Positions 8,226 through 18,174 of a DNA stretch of 39,902 bases are shown here, piece after piece. Position 1 is the stretch's first letter. Each line of letters begins with the position of its first letter. The notes below the pieces were generated by a model. That model ran no database searches. It was given only the letters and a program-made list of their open reading frames with translations, and was not told where the DNA came from. The stretch comes from an uncultured Eubacteriales bacterium. GTDB taxonomy: Bacteria > Bacillota > Clostridia > Christensenellales > CAG-917. The translations under genes were made by a program, and so were the position numbers. The stretch spans positions 1 to 39,902 of the forward strand of contig URUQ01000002.1 of assembly GCA_900551145.1 (NCBI GenBank), read 5' to 3'.

Positions 8226-10589
8226 ATGAAAAAGTTTAATTACGTATTGGCAATAGCACTTATTGTCGTGTGCGCGCTCACGACGCTAATTGCGTGCGAC
8301 GATAAGGGCGGTGGGGACAATCCGTCCGCTCCTACGACGCTCGCAACCCCGCAAAACGTCGAAATGTCCGACGCGGGCGTTATCACTTGGACGGCGGTGC
8401 AAAACGCAACGTCTTACGCGGTGGTGCTCAACGGAAACGAGTTCGAGACTACAAACACGTCCTATCAAGTGGCGCAAAGCCTGCTCGTAAACGATATTCG
8501 TTACAGCGTATATGCAAAGGCAAACGGTTACAATAACTCCGCAAAGAGCGAAGAAGGCTTCTTCAAAGGCAAAGGCGTTACGCCCAAACCGCAAGAAGTG
8601 AAAGTCAGTATCTCCAAGACTGCGGAAATCAAGAGCGGAAAGAGTGTGACCTACAAAGCGTATATCGACGGCGTCGAGGCAAAAGACGGTGAAATTACGT
8701 GGTCGATATCGGAAGGCAAATCGTATGCCACGATTGACGGCACGGGCAAGGTAACCGCAACGGAAGTTACAGGTGACAAAAAGATCAAAATCGTTGCAAG
8801 AAGCACCAAAAACACCGCTTGCTATGCGGAAAAAGAAGTGTGGATCGTTGCGAGAACAGACCTCACGGCAGATATGCTCGCAACACTCAATCACGCAAGA
8901 ATAGGCTTCGAGGGCTACGACAGCATCGATCTTTTCAAGACGGATATGTTCAATACGTTCGTAAGAACCGTAACTTTGCCCATTAGAACGGCAATGGACG
9001 GCAACAACTGGTATGCGGAATACGAAGATTCTTCTTCGGGCATCAAGACGGGATTGTACTATAAGAACGTCGACGGCAAAGCAAACCAAGTGAGCATAAG
9101 CTTTATGAACGAAGAACAACCCGTGCCGATGATGGACGAAAATGACCAAATCGTGTCGTGGGAGGACGCCGGATTGTACAACAGTCTTACAAATCTTTCG
9201 ATAGACGATTTCAAGTTTGACGAAACGTTGTGGCGCTGGATGTACAAGAATAGCGGTGATACGCTTTCAAAGCGCCTCGTTTCCTCTGCAACTCCTTACG
9301 ATTTCGAAGTCAATCAATGGGGACTTATTATCGACGAAGGCGAGATAGTGGCAATCTACGTTCAAAGCAAAGACGACTATCAAATCGTTGAAGGATATAA
9401 GGCGGTGCAAGAACTTTATGTGGCAATCAACACCAGCGAAAGCTTGGAAGTGCCGACGATAAACAAGTTCACTCACGACGAGCAATACGACGAGTTGTAC
9501 GCAAGATTGCAAACCGCAATCGACAATATGCGCGCGCTTGACAGTTACAAACTCGACTTCTACGAGATGACAAGTTCACAATACGGTTCGAGCTACAAGG
9601 GCTTCGTCGAGACCGTTACGAACGATCTTTGCTACTTCCATCCGTACAACGTGAAGTACGACAACAGCCAAAACGAAATCCGTACTTATGAAGACAACGC
9701 GTCTTACGGCTATAAGAAGATAAGCGACAATCTCTACAATGCGTACAGTGAAAATGACAAAACCGAAGAGAGCGATCCCACGACGTACACAGCGACTCGT
9801 GCTTATCAAAATTCGTTTGATAAGGCAAGACCGAGCTTTGCGTTCTCTTCCGAGATATTCACGGCTTACGCATACGACGAGGATGCAAATACTTATACGT
9901 ATTACGTCAACGAGGCAATGTGCGGTGTGGCTTCAACGTTCTATTATGGCGTAGGCAACGACATCAACCTCTACGGAATCTTTGCGACAAAAGGCGTGTT
10001 GACCAATACGACGTTCACTCCGTTTGTGGTGGTCAAAGACGGTTATATTACCGAGTCTTGCTTCTACTTCTATCTCGGCCCTATGTTAGGCGTGGTGTCT
10101 ATCAAGTATTCGGACTTCAACACCGCAACTATTCCGGAAAGCGTGAACGTGAGCTTCGATACCAGACAAGTTCCGACTTCGTGGGACCAATTGACGATAA
10201 TCAAACGTGACGACGAGTCCTCTTCGACTTCAAACGACACGGAAGTCAACGCACTCGATTATCTCAAAGAATTCCTCGGCAAAGACAACGCGGGTGAAAT
10301 CCTTCCGTTCTTCGGAGACGTGCTCGGCGATTCTTACGGTTTCGGTATGATGCTCACCAAAGTGCCCGGCGGAAGCAAAACCGCAAAGAACGCTTTGTGC
10401 TTGTACTACGACGTACCGCTTGACGTGGACTATACCATCAATTCCTCACTTAATGCGGTGAGAGAATTCCTCAAAGAGAAAGGTTTTGTCCGCAACAAAT
10501 ACGACGAGTATCACGACGAGGCAAACGGAATTTGGGTAGCACCGATAGATCAAAGCCTTGACTTTATTATCTACGTGTGGAAAGACTAA
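8226..10589 (+). CDS. Surface lipoprotein, unknown function (787 aa), with N-terminal Fn3-like and Big_2-like domains; distant paralog of the next gene
   Basis: The ORF-track start at 8208 is a TTG overlapping the upstream stop. ATG 8226 follows AAGGAGAG (8213-8220). Lipobox LIAC is followed by a DDKGGG linker. Fn3-like string: ATPQNVEMSDAGVITWTAVQNATSYAVVLNG. Big_2-like string: TWSISEGKSYATIDGTGKVTATEVTGDKKIKIVARS. I cannot assign the remaining ~550 aa. Confidence 0.8.
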   Translation: MKKFNYVLAIALIVVCALTTLIACDDKGGGDNPSAPTTLATPQNVEMSDAGVITWTAVQNATSYAVVLNGNEFETTNTSYQVAQSLLVNDIRYSVYAKANGYNNSAKSEEGFFKGKGVTPKPQEVKVSISKTAEIKSGKSVTYKAYIDGVEAKDGEITWSISEGKSYATIDGTGKVTATEVTGDKKIKIVARSTKNTACYAEKEVWIVARTDLTADMLATLNHARIGFEGYDSIDLFKTDMFNTFVRTVTLPIRTAMDGNNWYAEYEDSSSGIKTGLYYKNVDGKANQVSISFMNEEQPVPMMDENDQIVSWEDAGLYNSLTNLSIDDFKFDETLWRWMYKNSGDTLSKRLVSSATPYDFEVNQWGLIIDEGEIVAIYVQSKDDYQIVEGYKAVQELYVAINTSESLEVPTINKFTHDEQYDELYARLQTAIDNMRALDSYKLDFYEMTSSQYGSSYKGFVETVTNDLCYFHPYNVKYDNSQNEIRTYEDNASYGYKKISDNLYNAYSENDKTEESDPTTYTATRAYQNSFDKARPSFAFSSEIFTAYAYDEDANTYTYYVNEAMCGVASTFYYGVGNDINLYGIFATKGVLTNTTFTPFVVVKDGYITESCFYFYLGPMLGVVSIKYSDFNTATIPESVNVSFDTRQVPTSWDQLTIIKRDDESSSTSNDTEVNALDYLKEFLGKDNAGEILPFFGDVLGDSYGFGMMLTKVPGGSKTAKNALCLYYDVPLDVDYTINSSLNAVREFLKEKGFVRNKYDEYHDEANGIWVAPIDQSLDFIIYVWKD

Positions 10590-10679
10590 CGGAAATCAAC
10601 GCGTAAGCGGGGGGGGAAACGCTCCTCGCCCAAGCAAGATTATAAATTGGAAAAAAAATTTCATAAAGGAGAACAAAAA

Positions 10680-13394
10680 ATGGAAACGCGCAAAAGAATG
10701 AAAAAGAGCGTAATCGCTCTCGTTTGCGTACTTTTGCTTGCAAGCATGGTGCTTACGCTCGTTGCGTGCGACGATAAAGAAGACGGCAACGTGCCGACTA
10801 TCAATATCGTAACGTCCGTTGCGGAAGGATCTACTGTAAACAAAGGCGACAAAATCACGTTTGTGGTTGCTGTATCCGATAATAGCGCTTACACCGTGAC
10901 GGTAAGCAATACCGACGTTGCGAGCATCGTTGGTAACACGCTATATATTAACGCAGAAGCATCGCAAGATCTCGACCTCAATTTGATCGTATCGATCAAC
11001 CGTTTGCCGAACGTTAAGAAGGTGGTCACGTTCAAGATGAAAGCACCGGTTGTGCTTCCCACTTTGACCGTAAAGGCAAGCAAGCCCGAAAAGACCAGAC
11101 TCGAAAAGGACGACACGGTTATCGTCAACGCGGTATCTTCCGACGGTAGCGACGTAGTGCTCGGCGTAAGCAACGAGACTCTCGCAAAAGTCGAAGGCAA
11201 CGTAGTTACGATTATCGCAGAACCCGCCCACGAAGAGTCTTTGACGATCACCGCATCTCTCAAAGATTATCCGTCCGTATTGGTCGCAAGACAATATTAC
11301 GTAAAAGCACCGACGATCGACGGACAAGTCACCGGCGCAAACGGCAACGTTTTGACTACTGCCGCAATCAACGCATTGGGCAACAAGAGCATCACCGTCA
11401 ACGGCGTCGTAACGGACTACTTCTTTGACGCAAGCGACGGTTCTACCACCACTAACGAGTATATCACCAAAGTGTTGATGGAAGAAGGCAAGTGGTACGG
11501 TGAATGGTACGCAACGCCGGAAGAAGGCAAACAAGCTTCCGTCATTACCGATAGTTTTGTTGCAACGGAAGAAGCAAACTACATCGGTGAAGGCGGTGTC
11601 GTCGGACGCGGTGTGCAAAGAGTGTTCATCGACAAGAACAACCAAGTCAGCAAAAAACTTCAAACGGGTTCGTTTAGTGTGCCTTATTTGTGGGACAATC
11701 AACATTATTGGAACCATATTCAAGAGTTTGCAACCAACATCTCCAAGAAGTTCGTTTACAGACCCGACGAGGACGTGTTCGAATACGTATGGAAGACGTA
11801 CACCGAAGAAGGTTTGGAAGTCGTTGAAGACGAATACGATTATTATTTGATGACGTATCTTTCTTACAGCTTCACCCCGATGCTTGACGAAACTCTCGAG
11901 AACGTCTACTTCAAGATGGAAAACGGTGAAATCACTAAAGTCCTTGCAAAGACCGCGGAACAAACCGGTTCTAACAAAAACAGAGCGTATACGGAAATCG
12001 TCTTTACGTTTGACAACGTAGGCACGACCGTAGTTCCCAATCCTCAACCTTACGAAACCGACGCAAGAAACGAAGCACTTGCAACGGCTCTTGCAAAGAT
12101 GAAAAACGCAACGAGCTACTCCTTCGAGACGGCTGAAATCACGACGCAAGAACCCACGATCGATCCGGGCGATTATGAACTTTCCGCTTCTACGTCTGCG
12201 ACAGCTTCTACGTCCGCAACGTCTTTCCCCGCAGGAGCGTCAACGGGTACTGTCGGTCTTAAAGGCCGTATCACTCAAGACGCAATATTGCTCACGAGAA
12301 CGGGTAAGTATAGTTTTACGATGGACGGCGATATGCCTTATCACTTCCAATACACCGGCTACAAGAACAACGCCGACGGAACGTACGATTACTTCGAGCG
12401 CAACTTCAAGACTCAGGTTTTCGAAGGTAAACGCAAATACGAAGGCACTATCGCAAGCGCGGGCATTCTTCCGGGCTGGGATATTTCCGCAGACGTCTTC
12501 AAATTCGCAGGTAGCAATACCGACGCAGACGGCAAGACCGTAACCAAGTACGTATTGCGCAACACGCAAATCATCGAAGGCGCGGCAAAAGAAGTTTGTA
12601 TGCATACCAACGTAAACAACACCATAGCGTCGTCTCAAGTTGCGTTTACGATTATCGTTGACAGCGAAGGTAACGTTGTGTCCACGACTTTCCCGTACGA
12701 ATATCCGGGTTATTCGGGATATTGCAAGACGACGTACAGCCAAGTCAACAAGACTCAATTCACGGACGAGTTTGACGGATACGTCGAGAGAGTGATGCCA
12801 GAATGGTCAGACCTCCAAACAGTCAAGTATTATCACAAACATACGTCCGATTTGAAGCAATACGAGTGCTACAACGCAAACGCAAAAGACCCGTATCACT
12901 TCTATCCCGACAAATGCACGCACATTGCGTCGCTTGACGTGGTAATCAACAACGTGTTCGGAGACAACGCGTCTGTATTCCCGAGTGCAAGCGCATTCAG
13001 AAGAATATTTGACGATAACCTCAACCTCGCAGGCGATACCAACGGTATCCTCGGCTTCTTCGATTACAAGACGGAAGAACTCGCAGACGGCACTGAAAAA
13101 TACACGGATTATGTGACGTGGACGGCAAGCGCACCCGACGAATATCTCGACGAAAAAGGCGCATTGTACGGAGATGGCTTTAACAGCTTCTTCGCGAGAA
13201 TGAATTCCGTAATGCAAAATCTCGGCTACACCTACAACAGCGGTGTTTCCGACCTTACGGGCGGTGCGTCGGGTACTTTGGATAAGAAAGCGGTTTACTC
13301 AATCGAGGGCAAACTCACAATCGTCTATGAGATAGGTCGCAACAACCGCGTTGACGTAGACGTTTACAACTACGGCGATTACAAAATCGCATAA
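10680..13394 (+). CDS. Surface lipoprotein, unknown function (904 aa), with N-terminal Ig-like repeats; distant paralog of the previous gene
   Basis: ATG 10680 follows AAAGGAGAA (10665-10673), so the ORF-track TTG at 10647 lies upstream of the SD. Lipobox LVAC is followed by a DDKEDG linker. Repeated Ig-like strings are TVTVSNTDVASIVGNTLYINA and VVLGVSNETLAKVEGNVVTIIA. The central and C-terminal parts are collinear with the 787-aa protein, for example ALATALAKMKNATSYSFETAEIT versus RLQTAIDNMRALDSYKLDFYEMT. Confidence 0.8.
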   Translation: METRKRMKKSVIALVCVLLLASMVLTLVACDDKEDGNVPTINIVTSVAEGSTVNKGDKITFVVAVSDNSAYTVTVSNTDVASIVGNTLYINAEASQDLDLNLIVSINRLPNVKKVVTFKMKAPVVLPTLTVKASKPEKTRLEKDDTVIVNAVSSDGSDVVLGVSNETLAKVEGNVVTIIAEPAHEESLTITASLKDYPSVLVARQYYVKAPTIDGQVTGANGNVLTTAAINALGNKSITVNGVVTDYFFDASDGSTTTNEYITKVLMEEGKWYGEWYATPEEGKQASVITDSFVATEEANYIGEGGVVGRGVQRVFIDKNNQVSKKLQTGSFSVPYLWDNQHYWNHIQEFATNISKKFVYRPDEDVFEYVWKTYTEEGLEVVEDEYDYYLMTYLSYSFTPMLDETLENVYFKMENGEITKVLAKTAEQTGSNKNRAYTEIVFTFDNVGTTVVPNPQPYETDARNEALATALAKMKNATSYSFETAEITTQEPTIDPGDYELSASTSATASTSATSFPAGASTGTVGLKGRITQDAILLTRTGKYSFTMDGDMPYHFQYTGYKNNADGTYDYFERNFKTQVFEGKRKYEGTIASAGILPGWDISADVFKFAGSNTDADGKTVTKYVLRNTQIIEGAAKEVCMHTNVNNTIASSQVAFTIIVDSEGNVVSTTFPYEYPGYSGYCKTTYSQVNKTQFTDEFDGYVERVMPEWSDLQTVKYYHKHTSDLKQYECYNANAKDPYHFYPDKCTHIASLDVVINNVFGDNASVFPSASAFRRIFDDNLNLAGDTNGILGFFDYKTEELADGTEKYTDYVTWTASAPDEYLDEKGALYGDGFNSFFARMNSVMQNLGYTYNSGVSDLTGGASGTLDKKAVYSIEGKLTIVYEIGRNNRVDVDVYNYGDYKIA

Positions 13395-13464
13395 CAGGCA
13401 AAGTGCCTAAAAAAAATCGACCTATCGTCGATAAAAACAAACGAATAATGTCGGAGTCGATATT

Positions 13465-16400
13465 ATGAAAAGAAAATTACTGATAATCGTTGCTTTAATA
13501 TTGATACTGACTGCTTTGACATTTGCAGGCTGTGACAAAGGGGGCGGGAGCAATCCCGACCCCGACGTCCCGCCGACGCCGACTCCTCAAGAGGTTGTCA
13601 AAGTAGCAGCAAAGCAAGAAACCGTTTCTATCCACGAAAAAAAGTTCGCGGATTTTAACTATACATCGCTTTTCATTATTACGGTTGACGACAAACAAGT
13701 GCTTATTCAACAAGCGTATCTCGATTTGAGCCATCTTCCTAAAAACGTAGGAGAGGAGGGGTACGTCGTGTGTGAATATAAGGGCGAAAGTGCAAGATGC
13801 AATATCACGATTACGCCAATAACGTACGATTTGACGCTTTCGGCAAACGAGATAAGCATCACCCAACTTCAAGTTGACGACGGATACGATTATCTTGCTC
13901 TCTTCCACGCAACGGAAGACGGTGAGACGAGGAAAATCACCGATGATATGGTGAAAAACGACGTCAAACGCGAGGTGGGTGATTATACGTATAGCGTAAC
14001 CTATCAAGGCATCACCAAGACGTTGACCGTACACGTGACGGAAGCGCACAAAGTGGAAGTGGTGAATTCGTATAGACTTCTTCAGCTTCAAATAGAACAA
14101 CTTGAAGATCTTGACGTAACGACGCTTTTCTCCATCTATCTTGACGGTGAAACCATCAAAGTTACCGAAGATATGATTGACGCAAGCGCGCTCGAAAACG
14201 CACAAGTGGGACAAGAATACGAAGTAGTGCTCACTTACGTTTATAAGGACGCACGCGCGAGTTCCACTGCGAAAATCAAAATCGTTCCGCCCAAAGACGT
14301 CGTGGTAAACGCGCGCAACGCCGTGATTTTCCCGAACGGTGGGAATCTCGACGTGAGAACTTTGTTTACGATAAAGGAAGGGGACGAATACGTGACCGTA
14401 ACCGACGATATGATTACGGGCAGTATCGACTATTCCGCCGAAGGCAGCAACGAGATTACCTTGACATATAAAGGCAAAAGCGCAACCGCAATCGTAGAAG
14501 TACGACGCGGTGTTGTTATCACTTTGCCAAAAGGTGATACGATTGCAGTCAAGAAAGGCACCAATAAAATAGAATATAACTTCGCAAACGACGTCGTAGT
14601 GTCCGTCAACGGCACGAGATTTACGTTTGTGACTTACGGTGATGGCACCGCATATCATATCAATACTACGGGCGTGGATTTCTCAACGGCGGGTATTTAT
14701 ACCGCAACCGTGAGTATCCCGTATACGGATAGTAGCAAATCAACCACTTACACGACGGCAACTATCAACTACGTCGTGAAAGAAACCACTTACGAATTGT
14801 CAGTGCTCCAAAGCGAGGTCTTGCTTGCACAAGGCACGACTTCTTATAGCTTGGCAAAGAATATCTCCGTCAAAGTCAACGGCACAACAAAAGTCGTAGT
14901 GTTCGACAAAGCCGTTGCGGAAAGCGACTTCTTGACGGTGTATGCAAAACTTCTCACAAATCCTATCGATTTCAACCTCGTCGGCACGCAACACGTCAAA
15001 ATGGAAGTATACGCGGGCGGTATGGACGAAGAGCCCGAAATCGTGGAATTTGACGTGAGAATCAAGTCCAACGTCAAAGTAACGGCGTACGGCAAAGTCG
15101 TTTTCGTCGGCAAAACCGTTTATACGCTCGATTTGTTCTCGGTAAAAGACGGCAACAAAGACATCAAAGTGACCGCGGATATGCTCGAGGGCAAAGTGGA
15201 TACTTATACTCCCGGGGTATATTCCGTCAAAATTGATTATCTCGGAGTTGAAGCAACGGCAAAAGTCGTGGTGCTTTCCGACGATATCGTAGGCACGTAC
15301 AAGACGAATATGACCACTATCCCGAGCGAAATAAGCAAAGATTACGGCTCTTGGGAAGAGGACGACGGCTGGGGTGACTACGGTGACAGCGACATAGACG
15401 ACGAGGTGAAACCCGTCGTCCCGCTAAAAGATATGACCATAAGCGCGGACGGCACTATCGTAGTAAACGGCACGACGGCGCAAGTGGTTGACGGCGTAGA
15501 CCAATCAACTATAATAATCAGTCTCGGAAGAGCAAACTACACGCTTTACATCAACGACGGCATCGTGGTGCTCGATCCCGACAATTCCAACAGACTTTCG
15601 TTTACGGATGCAAGACGCCCGCTCGTGTATTTCAGCAAAAATATTTGGAATTTGAAATCGAGAGTGGTGGTGAATAGCACTTCCAATTACGTTTTGTCAA
15701 CGACGTATACCGCTTATTCCATCGATACGTTCAAAATCGAGAACAAGCAAACGGGGCAAACGAGCTGGTACGGACTTTACACAAGACTTGTCAGTAAGAA
15801 CTCCGCAGACACCGTTTACAACGTAAGCTGGGGCGAGGCAAGTTATCCCGACGATTTTATACCAAAAGCAAACGCAACGTCGGTGTTGACTTTCGGAGGT
15901 CAACAATACGAGTTTGTTATGTCCACTTCCGTCACTGCAAAAATTCAAACGACGGAGCAAGCGCAAAAGTATAGCGGTACTTACAAAGGCTCTATTGACG
16001 GTGACGACAGAGCAAGACTTACCGTGGACGCGCTGGGCAAGTACACATTGTCCTTAAACGGAAAGACGTTGTTTAGCTCAAGCAAGTCGGAGATTGCAAG
16101 TATGGTCAACGGCGGTGTCAACACCGACGACGATATCTTGTATTTTTACAACTACAAAACGTCTTATTATTCCTATAAGATAATAATCAATAACGAAGCC
16201 AAAACGTTTGAAGCGGTCAAAAAGGACGGGTTGTTCGGCTACTACGAGTTTGACAATAGATTTATCTTCCTCGACGGCTACGGCAAAGGCTTTGCGAAAC
16301 TCGACAAGACGAGTTACACTGAGGTAAAAGTCGAGTATGAGAGAAACGCAAACGAAGTCACATTGAGATTTATCGACCCACCCTACGATTACGAATACGG

Positions 16401-17856
16401 ACAAGAAGCGACGTTCGTCGTATCGACGTTCGGCAACGTTTTGAGTGTCAAGTACGTGGAGGGTGACAAATTAGCCGGAGCGGACTTCGTAAACAGCCGT
16501 ATCGAGAGCGGTGCAATCGTAACGATAGGTCAAACGACTTTTGATAGAGGCACGGGTACAATCGTCAATCAATCGATACTCAATTCTATTAAGATCGTCA
16601 CCAAGCAAGGTACGCTCACCGATGCGGAAAAGAAGAAATGTGTGGATTTGAGTGCAGTCGTAGTCAACAGGGCGGGATTCTATTCCTTACCGATTACTCT
16701 CGATCTCAACGGCGAAAGCGTGACGGCGTATTATGCGATTCAAATTGTCGCTCCTATCGATGGCGCAAATAAGACATTCAAAGCCGAATATGGCAACGGA
16801 TTGATAAATAATTCGATTTCGCTCAACATAGACAATTACAGTCAACTCACGCTCGTATGCGGCAGCGTTACGTACAAAGGTTTTGTGAGTGCGTCGGATA
16901 CCGAGTTCTATTCCAGAGCGTACGATTCAAACGGCAACGTGCTTGACGTTCAAGGCGGTTGGCTTGCGGACGGTATCGTGTTTGTGAGAGCGTCGGGCGC
17001 GGTTATCGTCAACGAGTACTTTGCAAAAGGCACTGTCAGCACGGCGGGCGGAAACGGTGCGGTGTTGCGAAAGATGGAATACGACGGGAAAATTACGTAT
17101 TTGTATTCGGCATCTGTCGCATCTCAAGTGGAGATTATCTCCGATATCCAAACGCTTGAAGGCAACGGCACCGAAAACGGCGCGATCGTCAAATTTTCGC
17201 TGAAAGGCAAAGAAATCATTGCCAAAATCTTGCAATGGGGCAGTGCGTCGGGCGGATTGCTTATAAACGACGGATATAGAGGAACGTATACGTGTGCGGG
17301 ACAAGATAATCTCGTCGTTGACGGCTTTGGCAATTTGTCTATCGGCACGATAATCGGCACGTATACTTTCAATGCAAACGGTTCGTTGCTTGTCAAAACG
17401 AGCACGGATATGTTCGTTCTTGACGTAAGTGTCATGAATGGCACTTACAAACCGAGTAGTATCAATCTCGATGCTTCGCTCGTTAGAGGCAAAACGTTTA
17501 GTGCGGAATACTACTTCGTATGCCCGAGCGACGAAACGAGCAGATATTTGGCACAAACGCAATTCATATTCTTGGCGGACGGCAAGGTGTCGGTGATTTC
17601 TGTTTCTACGGAGCACGACTCGGGAGAGGACCAATGCCCGCAAGATACGTACAAACCGTCGTTTGCTTCAAAGAACGGATTGCTCGGTGAATATCAAGTG
17701 ATCGGCAACACGTTGAAAGTGACCGTCGGAGGAGCAACGTTCACGTTTGAGATAAGCGACGTATCGCTTGCGGATACGCTCGTATGCACTTCGACGACGC
17801 TGGATCAAAGCACGAGCCAAGGCGCGTTCAAAGTCGGCGAAAAGTTTTCCGTATAA
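13465..17856 (+). CDS. Giant surface lipoprotein (1463 aa) with at least four Ig-like repeats and G-x-Y...LDG-x-G motif repeats
   Basis: ATG is preceded by GGAG. Lipobox FAGC is followed by a DKGGGSNPDPDVPPTPTP linker. Repeats of the pattern V/I-T-x-D-M-[IVL]...Y-x-[VI]...Y-x-G...[AT]-x-[VI]-x-V include ITDDMVKNDVKREVGDYTYSVTYQGITKTLTVHV, VTEDMIDASAL..., VTDDMITGSIDYSAEGSNEITLTYKGKSATAIVEV and VTADMLEGKVDTYTPGVYSVKIDYLGVEATAKVVV. No enzymatic motif seen. Confidence 0.85.
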   Translation: MKRKLLIIVALILILTALTFAGCDKGGGSNPDPDVPPTPTPQEVVKVAAKQETVSIHEKKFADFNYTSLFIITVDDKQVLIQQAYLDLSHLPKNVGEEGYVVCEYKGESARCNITITPITYDLTLSANEISITQLQVDDGYDYLALFHATEDGETRKITDDMVKNDVKREVGDYTYSVTYQGITKTLTVHVTEAHKVEVVNSYRLLQLQIEQLEDLDVTTLFSIYLDGETIKVTEDMIDASALENAQVGQEYEVVLTYVYKDARASSTAKIKIVPPKDVVVNARNAVIFPNGGNLDVRTLFTIKEGDEYVTVTDDMITGSIDYSAEGSNEITLTYKGKSATAIVEVRRGVVITLPKGDTIAVKKGTNKIEYNFANDVVVSVNGTRFTFVTYGDGTAYHINTTGVDFSTAGIYTATVSIPYTDSSKSTTYTTATINYVVKETTYELSVLQSEVLLAQGTTSYSLAKNISVKVNGTTKVVVFDKAVAESDFLTVYAKLLTNPIDFNLVGTQHVKMEVYAGGMDEEPEIVEFDVRIKSNVKVTAYGKVVFVGKTVYTLDLFSVKDGNKDIKVTADMLEGKVDTYTPGVYSVKIDYLGVEATAKVVVLSDDIVGTYKTNMTTIPSEISKDYGSWEEDDGWGDYGDSDIDDEVKPVVPLKDMTISADGTIVVNGTTAQVVDGVDQSTIIISLGRANYTLYINDGIVVLDPDNSNRLSFTDARRPLVYFSKNIWNLKSRVVVNSTSNYVLSTTYTAYSIDTFKIENKQTGQTSWYGLYTRLVSKNSADTVYNVSWGEASYPDDFIPKANATSVLTFGGQQYEFVMSTSVTAKIQTTEQAQKYSGTYKGSIDGDDRARLTVDALGKYTLSLNGKTLFSSSKSEIASMVNGGVNTDDDILYFYNYKTSYYSYKIIINNEAKTFEAVKKDGLFGYYEFDNRFIFLDGYGKGFAKLDKTSYTEVKVEYERNANEVTLRFIDPPYDYEYGQEATFVVSTFGNVLSVKYVEGDKLAGADFVNSRIESGAIVTIGQTTFDRGTGTIVNQSILNSIKIVTKQGTLTDAEKKKCVDLSAVVVNRAGFYSLPITLDLNGESVTAYYAIQIVAPIDGANKTFKAEYGNGLINNSISLNIDNYSQLTLVCGSVTYKGFVSASDTEFYSRAYDSNGNVLDVQGGWLADGIVFVRASGAVIVNEYFAKGTVSTAGGNGAVLRKMEYDGKITYLYSASVASQVEIISDIQTLEGNGTENGAIVKFSLKGKEIIAKILQWGSASGGLLINDGYRGTYTCAGQDNLVVDGFGNLSIGTIIGTYTFNANGSLLVKTSTDMFVLDVSVMNGTYKPSSINLDASLVRGKTFSAEYYFVCPSDETSRYLAQTQFIFLADGKVSVISVSTEHDSGEDQCPQDTYKPSFASKNGLLGEYQVIGNTLKVTVGGATFTFEISDVSLADTLVCTSTTLDQSTSQGAFKVGEKFSV

Positions 17857-17884
17857 TAAAATAAAAAAATAGATTGCCAAAAAA

Positions 17885-17913
17885 TTGACAAATAGTCAAT
17901 TTGGACTTAGAAT
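17885..17913 (+). promoter_or_regulatory. Sigma-70-type promoter for the 1996-aa lipoprotein gene (TTGACA-17 nt-TAGAAT)
   Basis: TTGACA is at 17885-17890 and TAGAAT at 17908-17913, with an exact 17-nt spacer. The -35 is embedded in the palindrome TTGAC-AAATA-GTCAA. The site lies about 260 nt upstream of ATG 18175. Confidence 0.55.
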
Positions 17914-18174
17914 ATTTGCATAATATAGCAAAGTTCTGCAAAAAGCGCATAAAAATGCAGTTTTTGAATAGGATTTTGCATATTTTGTGATGAAAAACTG
18001 AATAAATAGTCGCTTTGATGTGCGCACACGGGGTACGGGTGCGCATATCGTAGTATCAAAAAGCGATAAAAGCGAGCAAAAAACCGCTTTTTTTACACAA
18101 ATTCGCCCGAAATAAACTTAAAGTGGCGACAATCAAATTGTATCAACCGATATCAATATATAAGGAGAACGACA

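Noticed and set aside
17828-18046. 72-aa minus-strand ORF in the leader upstream of the 1996-aa gene.
   Set aside because: It lies in AT-rich intergenic sequence, gives a Phe/Ile/Lys-rich translation, has no SD, and overlaps the predicted plus-strand promoter.
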